Numbered from the stretch's first letter, positions 37,750-47,867 are shown. The stretch: DNA of 64,000 bases from Sumerlaeia bacterium (GCA_040219255.1 JAVJSW010000068.1:64001-128000); one strand, 5' to 3'. The notes: generated by a model not told the origin, from the sequence alone. Made by a program: numbers and translations.

Positions 37750-39243
37750 ATGCGCATTGGAAATCGCGAACGCATCGTCATCGGAGTGATCGCCGCTTTG
37801 GCCGTCATCGGCGGATTGCATTGGTTTGTCTTCCGGGAACGGGCCCGGGAATTCGAGGACGCCAGGAACCAGTACAACAGCCTTAAGAGCCAGCTCGAAT
37901 CCCAGGGCAACGCCCGCGCCTGGGACGAAATCTATCGCTTCCAATTCCGGACCATCAACGCCGAGAGAGACCTCTTCGAGGTCTTCCGCGACAGCCGCCT
38001 CCCCATTCCCAAGGAATACATCAAGGGCGGCGAGACCGAGGAAGAGAAAGCCCTCTTCAAGCGTCTCCAGAAGGAAAATATCTGGCAGCAGCTCGAGCGC
38101 CTTCAGACCCGCGCCGCCAACCGCGACGCCAACCCCCGCCTGACCTTTGTCGAGGCGCGCGTCCAGGCCCCCAGTCCCTTCATCGAAGGCCGCCCCGTCG
38201 ATCAAAACGACGCCTTCCGCTGGGGCCTGCAAAGCGCTCCCCCGCCAGTCGTCCAGCGTGGCGCCGATCCGGGCGACCTCATTCGCCGCCTCCGCGACAC
38301 CGACGTCGTGATTTCCCAGCTTCCCGACAACAGCGACCTTCTCCGGCAGAAGGAAACCGAGTACGAGCGCATGCTCACCGCCCTCGGATACAACCCCGAG
38401 TTCAAGGACTTCCTCGAGGAGCGTTTCGGCGAAACCACCGGCCTGCTCTACCACCTCAGCGCAGTCGACCAATTCAAAGAAATCCTGCCCAAGGACACCT
38501 TGCTCGAGCAGCGCGAACGCCAGATCAGCGACGAGGAATTCGAGCGGCGCCTGAGCGATCTCTTCCGCCTCGAATGGCCCAAGTCGCTCCTGACCGTCTA
38601 CAAGCAGATCGACGCCCTGCTCGACATCGTCGAAATCGCCGAGCAGAACGGCATCGAAGAAATCTCCTACGTCGACCTCGTCGACATGACCCTGATCAAG
38701 TGGCCTCCGCCCGAGAAGAAGAAGGCGGACGAAACGGAAAGCCAGACCGACACCAGCGCGGCCAGCCAGGAAGCCCTCCTTTACGAGCAGTACTACGGCG
38801 GCGGGGCCGGATACCCCGGCGCCGGCGGTGGCTATCCGGGCGCCGGCGGCTACGGCCCCGGTGCGCTGGGCGCACCCGCGGAGACAGGCGAAAAGAAAGA
38901 CACCGTGGCCGCGTCCGTTCCCATCGAGATCGAATTCTCAGGCACGAACTCGAACGTGATGGCCTTTCTTCACGACCTGACCCACAAGAAGCGGCTGTAT
39001 GAGGTTGACGCCTTGAAGATGCAATCCAATCCTCGCAGAGAAGGTCAGGTGATCGTTCGCGCTTACATCAACGTGATCAGTCACTTCGCTTTCCCGGATT
39101 TCCTCCTGACGGAAGAGGGCGTTCAGGAAAAGCTTGCCGCTCTGGAAACCCGCAAAGCGGAAGTCGCTCAGAAACCCGGCGCGAAAGATCTGGCGGAGCA
39201 GGAAGGTTACACCCCTGCCGCCAACACCACGCCCAACACCTGA
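37750..39243 (+). CDS. Bitopic membrane protein with PilO/GspM-like C-terminal domain
   Basis: N-terminal TM and coiled coil; VPIEIEFSGT.SNVMAFL..L...RLYEVD; internal GYPGAGG repeats. Confidence 0.55.
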   Translation: MRIGNRERIVIGVIAALAVIGGLHWFVFRERAREFEDARNQYNSLKSQLESQGNARAWDEIYRFQFRTINAERDLFEVFRDSRLPIPKEYIKGGETEEEKALFKRLQKENIWQQLERLQTRAANRDANPRLTFVEARVQAPSPFIEGRPVDQNDAFRWGLQSAPPPVVQRGADPGDLIRRLRDTDVVISQLPDNSDLLRQKETEYERMLTALGYNPEFKDFLEERFGETTGLLYHLSAVDQFKEILPKDTLLEQRERQISDEEFERRLSDLFRLEWPKSLLTVYKQIDALLDIVEIAEQNGIEEISYVDLVDMTLIKWPPPEKKKADETESQTDTSAASQEALLYEQYYGGGAGYPGAGGGYPGAGGYGPGALGAPAETGEKKDTVAASVPIEIEFSGTNSNVMAFLHDLTHKKRLYEVDALKMQSNPRREGQVIVRAYINVISHFAFPDFLLTEEGVQEKLAALETRKAEVAQKPGAKDLAEQEGYTPAANTTPNT

Positions 39244-39315
39244 GAACCGGGCTGACCGAGTCGCAAAGGTCCGCTCCACGAGCGCAAATCACAAGAGGTC
39301 CTGCTTCACACAAAG

Positions 39316-40062
39316 ATGGATATTCAAATCTATCAAAATTCCGACAAGATCCTCGTTCAGCTCTCGGGCCGCGTCGTCCTCGACGAGTGTGATCGCCTCA
39401 AGAGCGCCGTCGTCCCGCGCATCGTCCCGGGTGTGGCCCAGGTGAACCTCGACCTCTCGAAAGTCGAATTCATCGACAGTGCCGGCCTCGGCGTCCTCGT
39501 CGGCATGAAGGTCTCCTCCAACAAGAGCCGCTCCCGCCTCGCTCTCGTCTCCCCCTCCAAGAGCGTCAGCGACATCCTTACCGTCTCCAAACTCGACGCC
39601 ATCTTCGACATCCTCACCGGCGCCGAAGCCAAAGCCGTCCTCCAGTCCCTCGCCCGCCCCGAATTCAAGGCCGATGGCACCGCCGGCGATACCTCCGGTC
39701 CCCCCGCTCCGCCTTCTTCCCCCACCTTCCATGCGCCCCCGCCGACCCAACCCACGGTGGGCCCCGACGCCTCCACCCTGAGCCCGAAGGAAATGATCGA
39801 CCGCTACTGCAAAGACGCCGTCGATTTCATGCGCCAGCGCGACTATGAGAACGCCGCCGCGTGCTACAAGAAAGCCCTCGGCATCGACGAGCAGTACCTG
39901 CCGGCGCACAACAACCTCGCCATCGTCTACGAGAAAAACCCCGCCACGCACCAACAAGCCATCGAACAGTGGAAGCGGGTCCTGGAAATCAGCCGGTCCC
40001 GCAACGACGACAAGCACGTCGACCGCGCCCAGAAGCACTTGGAGGCTCTCGGGGGGGTCTGA
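39316..40062 (+). CDS. STAS (anti-sigma antagonist) domain fused to TPR
   Basis: LDLSKVEFIDSAGLGVLV; Pro linker; TPR YKKALGID..AHNNLAIVY. Confidence 0.88.
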   Translation: MDIQIYQNSDKILVQLSGRVVLDECDRLKSAVVPRIVPGVAQVNLDLSKVEFIDSAGLGVLVGMKVSSNKSRSRLALVSPSKSVSDILTVSKLDAIFDILTGAEAKAVLQSLARPEFKADGTAGDTSGPPAPPSSPTFHAPPPTQPTVGPDASTLSPKEMIDRYCKDAVDFMRQRDYENAAACYKKALGIDEQYLPAHNNLAIVYEKNPATHQQAIEQWKRVLEISRSRNDDKHVDRAQKHLEALGGV

Positions 40063-40124
40063 ATTTCCCCGGCCATTCTCCGCGAAGCACTCCCCCTCAG
40101 AGATCTTCGCTCCCACCCGTACCC

Positions 40125-41096
40125 ATGGCCCGCTCTGACAAGCCGACCCTTTCCCACCGGTCCGAATACATCGCCACCCTGGCCCTCTCGAACCTGCTGG
40201 GGCACTTGCCTCCAGCGCTGGCGCTGAATCTCGGCGCCTTCTTCGGCGCAATGGCCGGTCGGATTGCACCCGTGCGGCGAAGCGTCGTCCTCGAAAACCT
40301 CCAAATCGCCTTCGGCGGCGACATCAGCTCCGGCGAACGCTCACGCCTCGCGCGCGAAGCCTACACCAGCCTCGGTCTACTCGGCGCCCAAAGCCTCTGC
40401 CTGCGCGTTTGGGACCGCCCCACCACCCAGGCCCGCGTCGTCGAAGTCGAAGGCCAGGAGCATGTCGACCTCCTGCGGAGCACCGGTTGGCCTCCCATCG
40501 CCGTCACCGCTCACTTCGGAGATTGGGAACTGCTCGGCGCCGCCATGAGCCAGCGCTACCCCGTCACCGTCGTATCCAAGCCCCTGCACAACCCGTTGCT
40601 TCAACGCGACGTCGAGCGGTGGCGCCGCAAGGACGGTCTGGAAATCCTCTGGACCGACGAGGATTCCCTGCCGCGCCGCATCATTTCCGCCGTCAAGAAC
40701 CAGCGCGTCGTCACCTTTTTCCCCGATCAGGACATGCGCACCCATGGCGTCTTTGTCCCCTTCTTCCACCAACAGGCCTCCACGACCCCCGCGCCCGCGG
40801 TGTTCGCGCTGCGTCTCGGCCGGCCCCTGCTGCCCGCCTATCTGGTCCGTCTCGGGCCCACGCGCCACCGCCTTGTCTTCCGGCCTCCCATCTGGCCCGC
40901 CGAGGCCCAAGGCGCCACCCGCGACGAGCAGGTCCTCGACCTCACCCGGCGCCACGTCGCCGTGCTCGAGGACATGATCCGCCTCTATCCGGCCCAGTAC
41001 TTCTGGTTCCACCGGCGCTGGAAAACCACTCCGGAGGCCGCTGAGAAACGACAGGCCACCATCCGAAAACGGCGCAAAATCGCGGAAGAAGACTAA
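40125..41096 (+). CDS. lpxL: Lipid A late acyltransferase (LpxL/HtrB family)
   Basis: TAHFGDWEL, PDQD, VFVPFF, PAQYFWFHRRWK. Confidence 0.88.
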   Translation: MARSDKPTLSHRSEYIATLALSNLLGHLPPALALNLGAFFGAMAGRIAPVRRSVVLENLQIAFGGDISSGERSRLAREAYTSLGLLGAQSLCLRVWDRPTTQARVVEVEGQEHVDLLRSTGWPPIAVTAHFGDWELLGAAMSQRYPVTVVSKPLHNPLLQRDVERWRRKDGLEILWTDEDSLPRRIISAVKNQRVVTFFPDQDMRTHGVFVPFFHQQASTTPAPAVFALRLGRPLLPAYLVRLGPTRHRLVFRPPIWPAEAQGATRDEQVLDLTRRHVAVLEDMIRLYPAQYFWFHRRWKTTPEAAEKRQATIRKRRKIAEED

Positions 41097-41097
41097 C

Positions 41098-43344
41098 TTA
41101 CGATTTGGCCTCGCGGAGCCGCTTGTGTTCTTGCAGGCGCCCCTTCAGTTCGCGCAGCGCCTCCTTGCTCCCCGCACTCTCGCCGCCATAGCGCCATTGC
41201 TCGTAGCGCCGCTCCGCCTCACCGACGATCGCGGCGGGCGCGCCGCCCACCGCACCCGCTTTCCGGATCAGTTGTTGGGGCGTCATATGGGTCCAGCTCT
41301 CCGGCGCGGGAAGCCGTTCCGAGCCCTCCAGTGCCAGCCCCTTCACCAACTCCACCAGCGCTTGCGGCGGTGCCGGGATTGGAGACTCATCGGCCCGCGC
41401 CGCGGGCCGGCGCCGTTTTCTCCCCGACCAATGCTTTTCGATCCAGTAGGCCCCGCCATTGATCAGCAGGAGCGCCACAAACGCCAAGACCACCCGGGGC
41501 TTCGCCGCATTCTCTTCGATGCGGTTCCATGTCCTCGGCAGCAGACCCCGCTCGAACGCGCCCAGAGTTCCGGCCACTCGGTTCTTCGCCGTGCGCAGCA
41601 ACGTCTGCTGATAGTCCGCGTCGTAGCTCAGGAACCGCTGCCGCAGCCCGTCCCTCAGGGCTCCAATGGCCGCCCCGGTCTGCGCCAGAAGCGGTTGCGT
41701 CGCCGTCAGGGTCGACACCGGCGCGCTCGGCGTCGGATCGAACGCCACCCAGCCTTCCCCCTCCAGGAAGATCTCGACCCAGGCGTGGGCGTCCGCGTGG
41801 TGGAAAACCAACTCACCCCGCGCCGCGTCGAAGTCGCCTCCGTGATAGCCCACCACAACCCGCGACGGCAGATCGAGGCTTCGGGCAAGAATAGCCATCG
41901 AACTCGCGAAGAGTTCGCAATGGCCCTCCATCGAACCGCTCAGGAACCGCAGCACCGCGTCCGGCGCTTCCGATTCTCCGCCGCTCTGGCGCAGCGATCT
42001 CAAGTCCGTCGTGTAGCGCCCGTTACGATGGAAAAACGCCGTCAGCGCCGCCGCCTTCTCCCGGTCCGTCGAGGCCGTTCCCACCGCCTGACGCGCGAAA
42101 CCCAGCAGGTGGCGCTGCGGAAAATGAGCGGGCAGCTCACGGTGCGACGCCAGGGGAAGCGCCATGTTGCGCGCGTTCTCCCGCGGCGTTGTCGTGACCT
42201 CCAGGGTTCGGGGATAGGAGCCGCCTTCCGGCAGCCGCACACTGCCGTCGCGCTCGGCGAAGGCGCCCTGGCTACCCAGACCCCCGATCGTTACCGTTCC
42301 TTCCGGCAGGGGCAGGAACGGCATCGGCAAATGCGACAGCATCAGTCCGTAGGTCTCCCGTCCCGCTTCCGGGGCCTCGCTTTCGCCTGGAAGGCGGACG
42401 ATCCGCTGAGGCGACTCCTCCAGCCGCACGGCGCATTCCGTCAATTTCGGGTCCCGATACCAGCGGTCGCCGCGGAATTCCGACAGCGACATCGTCCGGA
42501 TGCGCAGGCCGCTCAGCCGCGGAGCCGGCCCTTCCCCCGTCCGCAGACGCATCGCCACGCCCGGCATGGCCTTCAGTTGGCTGAGGGAACGCAGGTCCAT
42601 CGAGGCGCTGCCAAAGACCTGCTCCAGCGCCACGGCACGCCTCTGGGCCATGCCCATCTGCGCCAGCCAGCCGCTCTGCTCTTCCCCATTCGAACGGGGT
42701 AAAATCAGAAAAATCAGTGTGCTGAGGAGCGCGCCCGCCATCGCCAAGGGAAATTTCGGATGGGCCGCCAAGCGGGGGTTCGCGGATCGAAGATTTTCCA
42801 CCGCCGCTCGATTGGGGGCTGCCGCCAGCCTCTCCGGCGGCGCGCTTCCCAAAGCCAAAAACGCCCCCAAAGACAAAACGCCCCAGAGGAGAGTCAGCAG
42901 CATGAGCGTCAGCGTCGCCCCGCCCATCGCCGAAAAGGCCAGCAGCGCGGACGCCAGAAGCCACGTCTGCAAAAGGCCCCGGCGCACCGAGCGCACCGGC
43001 AGCGAGAGGGATCTCAGCAGAAGGAACGACCCGCAAAGCAGGCAGATGTGGAGCGGCGAATAGCCCGAATGCACCACCGATTCGGTGATCGCCAGCACCA
43101 GGAAGAGGCCCGTGGCCCAGTTCCAGGCGGAGCGGTAGGCGGCCGGAAGCCGCAAATGGCTCAGCACATGGCCCGGCAGGGCCAGCACCCCCGCCAGAAT
43201 GACCCCCAGCGGCGGACCATAAGCCACCGCCGCCGCCGCGACGAACCCTAAAGCGGCCAGCGCCAGCCGATAGCGCCCCAGCCCACGGCCGAAGGCCTGG
43301 CCCAACGAGGGCTCAGTAGCGCACGATGGTGATGATGTCGCCAT
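41098..43344 (-). CDS. Membrane transglutaminase-like protein (TgpA/DUF3488 type)
   Basis: TM region ending FLILPR; GHCELFASS, RVVVGY, HAWVEIF, FDPTP triad; start uncertain. Confidence 0.85.
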   Translation of the reverse strand: MATSSPSCATEPSLGQAFGRGLGRYRLALAALGFVAAAAVAYGPPLGVILAGVLALPGHVLSHLRLPAAYRSAWNWATGLFLVLAITESVVHSGYSPLHICLLCGSFLLLRSLSLPVRSVRRGLLQTWLLASALLAFSAMGGATLTLMLLTLLWGVLSLGAFLALGSAPPERLAAAPNRAAVENLRSANPRLAAHPKFPLAMAGALLSTLIFLILPRSNGEEQSGWLAQMGMAQRRAVALEQVFGSASMDLRSLSQLKAMPGVAMRLRTGEGPAPRLSGLRIRTMSLSEFRGDRWYRDPKLTECAVRLEESPQRIVRLPGESEAPEAGRETYGLMLSHLPMPFLPLPEGTVTIGGLGSQGAFAERDGSVRLPEGGSYPRTLEVTTTPRENARNMALPLASHRELPAHFPQRHLLGFARQAVGTASTDREKAAALTAFFHRNGRYTTDLRSLRQSGGESEAPDAVLRFLSGSMEGHCELFASSMAILARSLDLPSRVVVGYHGGDFDAARGELVFHHADAHAWVEIFLEGEGWVAFDPTPSAPVSTLTATQPLLAQTGAAIGALRDGLRQRFLSYDADYQQTLLRTAKNRVAGTLGAFERGLLPRTWNRIEENAAKPRVVLAFVALLLINGGAYWIEKHWSGRKRRRPAARADESPIPAPPQALVELVKGLALEGSERLPAPESWTHMTPQQLIRKAGAVGGAPAAIVGEAERRYEQWRYGGESAGSKEALRELKGRLQEHKRLREAKS

Positions 43345-44059
43345 CGGTCTCCGTGGACGTCGGGGTCCAGTTGCGAGTCTTCATGTAGCGTTGCAGCTTC
43401 TCATTCATTTCCCGTTGCCGATTGTAGGCCCGTTCCTGCGCCAGTTGGATTTTCTGCTCCGCCGTCAGGGGAGCGATCAGTCCCAGCCGCTCCATCTCTT
43501 CGGGCTCCAGCGCGCCGCTCGAACCGGTCTCTCCCACCTCCGCATCGCTCTCCGAAACCGACAGGGCGGCCGATTCCACAGCCATCGGGTTCAGATCCGA
43601 GTTGCCCCCACCCAGCGAACCAACCCCTGGACGAGCCGGAACGAGGCCGATCGCCTCCGCCAGATCGCGAGGCAAATCGTAATCCCCGTCGGGCCCTTGA
43701 CTGATCAGCACGAAGGCGACCCCGGGAATCTTCGGCCGCAGATAGACGTAAGAGGCGTTTCCCGGCTGGGAAGCGAAGGGGTCTTCCGGCAGCGAACCGA
43801 TGTAGGCGGTGGGGCGTTCGAGCGATTCCAGGTGGACGTCTCCCGGAAGGGCCGAGTAATCCATGCGGTAGTTTTCCAGGGCGCGGGTCAGCACCCGGTG
43901 ATCTTCCTTCACCTTGCTGTACTTCGTGCGATTCACCAGGGCGCCGGTGGAGAAGACCGCTAAAACGGCGAGAACGGCCGCGACGGTGACGACGACGGCC
44001 AGTTCGAAGAGCGTCATGGCTCGGGCGTGGAAGCGGTGGTTGGGTAAGCGGCGACTCAT
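43313..44059 (-). CDS. Type IV pilin / T2SS pseudopilin-like protein
   Basis: A|MTLFELAVVV class III signal with E5; ALENYRMD, DPF, LISQGPDGD, GDII. Confidence 0.75.
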   Translation of the reverse strand: MSRRLPNHRFHARAMTLFELAVVVTVAAVLAVLAVFSTGALVNRTKYSKVKEDHRVLTRALENYRMDYSALPGDVHLESLERPTAYIGSLPEDPFASQPGNASYVYLRPKIPGVAFVLISQGPDGDYDLPRDLAEAIGLVPARPGVGSLGGGNSDLNPMAVESAALSVSESDAEVGETGSSGALEPEEMERLGLIAPLTAEQKIQLAQERAYNRQREMNEKLQRYMKTRNWTPTSTETDGDIITIVRY

Positions 44060-44155
44060 GGGGCCTCCGGGCCATGACAACGGATCGTGGGCAAGACGCC
44101 CCTTGCATCACAAGCGCTTGCCGGAAAATGACTGTTGCCGGTCGCCTCGGGACCC

Positions 44156-44983
44156 ATGCTTTTCGGAAATTTCAGGGCCATGCTTTCACTGTTCCAGAAT
44201 ACATTTGTCGAGACGCTCGGCCGACTTACCATGCGATTGATGCGGGAAACAGGCACGTTTGCACGCTTCGTCTTGCAATCTTGGGGCCGATCCCTCTCCC
44301 CCCCGTGGAATATTCGCCTCATCCTCGACCAGATGGGCGCCATCGGCGTCAATTCCCTCCCCATCGCCCTGCTCACCAGCATTTTCGTCGGCCTCGTCAT
44401 GGTGCTTCAGATGGGATGGCAGCTGATCAAGTTCGGCTCGAAGAACTACGTCCCCGGCATCTCCTTCATCGCCAACGCCCGCGAACTCGTCCCCGTCTTC
44501 ACCGCCTTCGTCGTCGGCGCCCGCGTCGCCAGCAGCATCGCCGCCGAACTCGGCACCATGCGCGTCACCGAGCAGATCGACGCTATGGACATCCTCAACG
44601 TGGACCCGATGCGCTACTTGGTGGCGCCCCGGGTCATCGCCGCCACGGTCATGCTGCCCATTATCAGCGCTCTGTGCCTGCTGGGCGGTTTTTTCGGCGG
44701 CATGGCGGTGGCCGCCGGTCCGCTCAACATCAGCCCCGCCGAGTACTACATCATCACCACCAAGTTCGCCTACCTGGAGGACGTCTTCTCCGGCCTCTTC
44801 AAGACCATCGTCTTTGGCAACGTCATCGCTTTAGTCGGGTGCTATTTTGGGTACAGCACCCGGGGCGGGGCGGAGGGCGTCGGCAGGGCCACCACAACGG
44901 CGGTGGTCATCACCCTGCTACTGATCCTGGTGTGGGATTTCTTGCTGACTCAGGGGATTCTCTTGGTTATGGGTCGGCTTTGA
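44156..44983 (+). CDS. mlaE: MlaE-family ABC permease
   Basis: IGVNSLPI, RELVPV, AAELGTMRVTEQIDA, YLVAPR, GGAEGVGRATT. Confidence 0.92.
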   Translation: MLFGNFRAMLSLFQNTFVETLGRLTMRLMRETGTFARFVLQSWGRSLSPPWNIRLILDQMGAIGVNSLPIALLTSIFVGLVMVLQMGWQLIKFGSKNYVPGISFIANARELVPVFTAFVVGARVASSIAAELGTMRVTEQIDAMDILNVDPMRYLVAPRVIAATVMLPIISALCLLGGFFGGMAVAAGPLNISPAEYYIITTKFAYLEDVFSGLFKTIVFGNVIALVGCYFGYSTRGGAEGVGRATTTAVVITLLLILVWDFLLTQGILLVMGRL

Positions 44984-45060
44984 TATCTTTTCTAATTGCG
45001 TCACACCCTCCCCTCTCCCTACCTTCCACCGTCCCTGGGGCACGACTCTTGATCGGCCCT

Positions 45061-45080
45061 AGGTAGGATTTTACCTACCT
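45061..45080. repeat. GTAG-containing palindrome upstream of RAYT
   Basis: aggtagg-atttta-cctacct; second hairpin ccgtcc-cc-ggacgg at about 45135-45148. Confidence 0.45.
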
Positions 45081-45234
45081 CGGTGGAGGATTTCCCTCGG
45101 AACGTGGCAAAGGTGCATCCTTCAACCCCCCGCTCCGTCCCCGGACGGTGTACTTGGGAAGATCAAAGAAAGGCTTGGAAGGGGAAGACAGATGATATCG
45201 CTTCGAATCCAAATCCGCGAAGGCGGTGAATCTC

Positions 45235-45921
45235 ATGGCTAGAACGGCACGCGTCATTGCGGTGCGGTATCCGCACCACGTGTTGCAGCGCGGGAATTTT
45301 GGCGCGCCGGTGTTCATGAATGACGAAGATCGTTCGACTTATCTTGAGCGCCTGCGGACTTGTGCCAAGGAAAACAAACTCGAGGTGCTGGCTTATTGCC
45401 TCATGCAGAACCACATCCACATCGTGGCTGTGCCCAAGCAGGAGGAAAGCTTGGCGATGGCCTTGCGCCGCACCCACAGCTTCTACAGCCGCTACCTCAA
45501 CTCCCGGCTCGACCGCGTGGGGCACGTCTGGCAGAACCGCTTCTACTCCTGTCCCGTCGACAAAGACAAGGTCTGGCCGCTCGTCAAGTACGTCGAGCAG
45601 AACCCAGTCCGCGCCGGACTCGTCAAGGACCCGTGGGAGTACCGCTGGAGCAGCGCTCCGGCCCACTGCGGGCTTACCGACGATCCGCTCCTCGCCAAGA
45701 ACTGGCCTCCCAAGGGAGCCGTCGAGGACTGGAAGGCGTTCTTGAAGACCGACTTGCCCGAGGACGAAGTCGAAGCGGTACGCCGCTCGACCATCCGGGG
45801 TCAGGTGTGGGGCGGCAAAGCGTTCATCGAACGCCTCGAGAAGAAACTGGAACGTCCCGTGGGGCCTCGCCGCATCGGCCGGCCGCCCAAAGCGGACAAG
45901 AGCAAGCGCCCGAGTCCTTGA
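45235..45921 (+). mobile_element. REP-associated tyrosine transposase (RAYT, HUH Y1 family)
   Basis: PHHVLQRGN, YCLMQNHIH (HUH), GHVWQNRF, YVEQNPVRAGLV, YRWSS. Confidence 0.9.
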
Positions 45922-45970
45922 CCGGTTCGGCCGCTCCGGGTCCTCCCGGGGACTCTGGCACTGACTGACA

Positions 45971-46005
45971 AACAGCCCTGGAACCGTTCCGGTTCCAGGG
46001 CTGTT
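45971..46005. terminator. Perfect 16-bp hairpin between convergent genes
   Basis: aacagccctggaaccg-ttc-cggttccagggctgtt. Confidence 0.65.
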
Positions 46006-46047
46006 CTCATATCCCGCGGCGTCTTTCGCAGCGCTTCGCCGCCGGGG

Positions 46048-46764
46048 TCAGGACTCGCCGGCCATCGTGGCGATGATGGCGTTCACTTCCGGCAAAACCG
46101 CTTCCACCGCTTCTTCCTGGCCGGTCATTTTGAAGAAGACCGAGCCTCGCGGGCCACCTTCGATGACGGCGCCGTAAAGCGCCGAGCCCGGCACCGGCGA
46201 GTTCGACCCGCCCGCCATGGGCATGCGCGATGGCAACAGCGTTCCCCGCGCCATCACCGTTGTCACCGTCAGACCGCCCACCTCGGCGGTCCCTGTCCGC
46301 GGCTCGCCGCTGACCTCCATCTGGCCGATCCAGCGGTCGATGTTGGCTTGCGCGGTGCCGCCCTGGCCAGGGCCGAAGTAGTAGATCACCAGCGTGGGCC
46401 CTTCGCCTTCGCCTTCCGGGGCGGGGGCGTGGAACTCCGCGGCGCGCATGGGCCCCAGCTCATCCTGGGGCGTGGCGGTCCAGCCTTCCGGCAGGGGAAT
46501 CTCGAAACCGGCCACATTCGCCCCGGCTGGCGCGTCGGCCGTGGCGCGCACGGTTTGCGTGCCGGGCGTGGGCGAAGGCGTCGGTTCGGGAGTTGCCGTG
46601 GCCACCGCCTCGGCGGCGCCGGTCTGGCGGTTGACGTACTGCTCGGCTTCTTCGCCTTCGAGTTCGTAGTAAACCTGTTCGTCCTTGCAGGACGCCAGCG
46701 GCAGCATGAGCGCCGCCAGGGCCAGCAGGCTGACAACACGGGGCATGGGGGGTAGAGTCATCAT
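46048..46764 (-). CDS. Hypothetical lipoprotein
   Basis: LASC lipobox; PT linker; MRAAEF, GQGG..ANIDRWIGQ, FFKMTG. Confidence 0.75.
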   Translation of the reverse strand: MMTLPPMPRVVSLLALAALMLPLASCKDEQVYYELEGEEAEQYVNRQTGAAEAVATATPEPTPSPTPGTQTVRATADAPAGANVAGFEIPLPEGWTATPQDELGPMRAAEFHAPAPEGEGEGPTLVIYYFGPGQGGTAQANIDRWIGQMEVSGEPRTGTAEVGGLTVTTVMARGTLLPSRMPMAGGSNSPVPGSALYGAVIEGGPRGSVFFKMTGQEEAVEAVLPEVNAIIATMAGES

Positions 46765-47867
46765 TCGGGGTCGTCTCCTCGTCGTTCGAATCCGGGAATT
46801 GGCAGGCCCTCGAGCGAACTGCGCCGGCGCGTGTCGTTCGCCAGGAATTCGGCCACGACAGGTTGGTGGGGCGAAACCCGTTCCCAGGTTTCCGGCGGCA
46901 GCCCGGGGCCGATACGCACCGATTCGGGAACGTATTCCCGAACCATGTTGCGGTTTGGCATCAGGTATTGGCGATGCAGAGGCGAGGTGGTGGGGTCGTC
47001 GCTGGTTTGCAGCAAATCGAAAAAGGCCACGCCGCCGGTGGCGCCCCGCAGCCGCTGCACCTCGTCGCTGCCCGGGCGCGCTCCCAGATCGCCCGCCACG
47101 ATGATGTTCGCGCGCCGGCGCTCGCGCAGAAACCGCGAAGCCTGGGCCTGAATCAGGTCCACCTGACCGGCGCGGATTCCTTGATTGCGGGGGCCGTCGC
47201 CTTCGCGAAGGCGGGCGCCGAACAACGTGAACTCATAGTCCTTGTTCACGAAAACATCCACCGCCCAGAGTTGACTGTTGTCCTGGCGCTGGTACGATGG
47301 CGTGAAGCCGTCCTCCTCGATGAACCCGTCGATCGGCGTCGTCACATCGCGATAGGAATAGAAAACGCCGAGGGGAACCCGGCTCGCCAGGACCGTATTG
47401 CGGTCCGTGTCGAGAGACTTGGAACTGGTGAAGTACCGGTAGCCGGTGTTCGGGAAAAGCTCTTCGGCCAATTCGCGCAGGTAAATCGGGCTCTCGAAGC
47501 CCTGTAAAATCAGCACGTCCGCCTCCAGGGCGCGCACGCCTTCGGCGAATGCACCCAGGCGTTCCGAGTCCAGTCCCCGTGCGTCTCGGCCCCGGGGCAC
47601 CCATTGGGTGGTGCCATCGTCGAGTTCGCTCTCGATGTAGGGATCGTCGAATTCGTCGACGAAGACACCCACGTTCCAGGTGGCGATTCGAAAGGTCGGT
47701 CCCGGGATGAATTCCTGATCGGGGGGGACGCGGACCATGGCGCGATCGAGCCGTAACGGCAGCACTCTGCGCGTGGTGTTCTGGCATCCGGCGGCCAGCG
47801 CGCTCAACGCAAGCACGCAGAGAGGGAAAGCTTTCAGGAGGCGGCGGCGGAGAGTTGCGGAGGTCAA
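46761..47867 (-). CDS. Endonuclease/exonuclease/phosphatase-fold lipoprotein with degenerate active site
   Basis: AAGC lipobox; RIATWNV, ADVLILQG, IIVAGDLG, SPHQPVVAEF; start uncertain. Confidence 0.75.
   Translation of the reverse strand: MTSATLRRRLLKAFPLCVLALSALAAGCQNTTRRVLPLRLDRAMVRVPPDQEFIPGPTFRIATWNVGVFVDEFDDPYIESELDDGTTQWVPRGRDARGLDSERLGAFAEGVRALEADVLILQGFESPIYLRELAEELFPNTGYRYFTSSKSLDTDRNTVLASRVPLGVFYSYRDVTTPIDGFIEEDGFTPSYQRQDNSQLWAVDVFVNKDYEFTLFGARLREGDGPRNQGIRAGQVDLIQAQASRFLRERRRANIIVAGDLGARPGSDEVQRLRGATGGVAFFDLLQTSDDPTTSPLHRQYLMPNRNMVREYVPESVRIGPGLPPETWERVSPHQPVVAEFLANDTRRRSSLEGLPIPGFERRGDDPE

Noticed and set aside
45235-45921. IS200/IS605 element with TnpB
   Set aside because: No tnpB adjacent; the QRGN and NPVRAG motifs indicate the RAYT clade.
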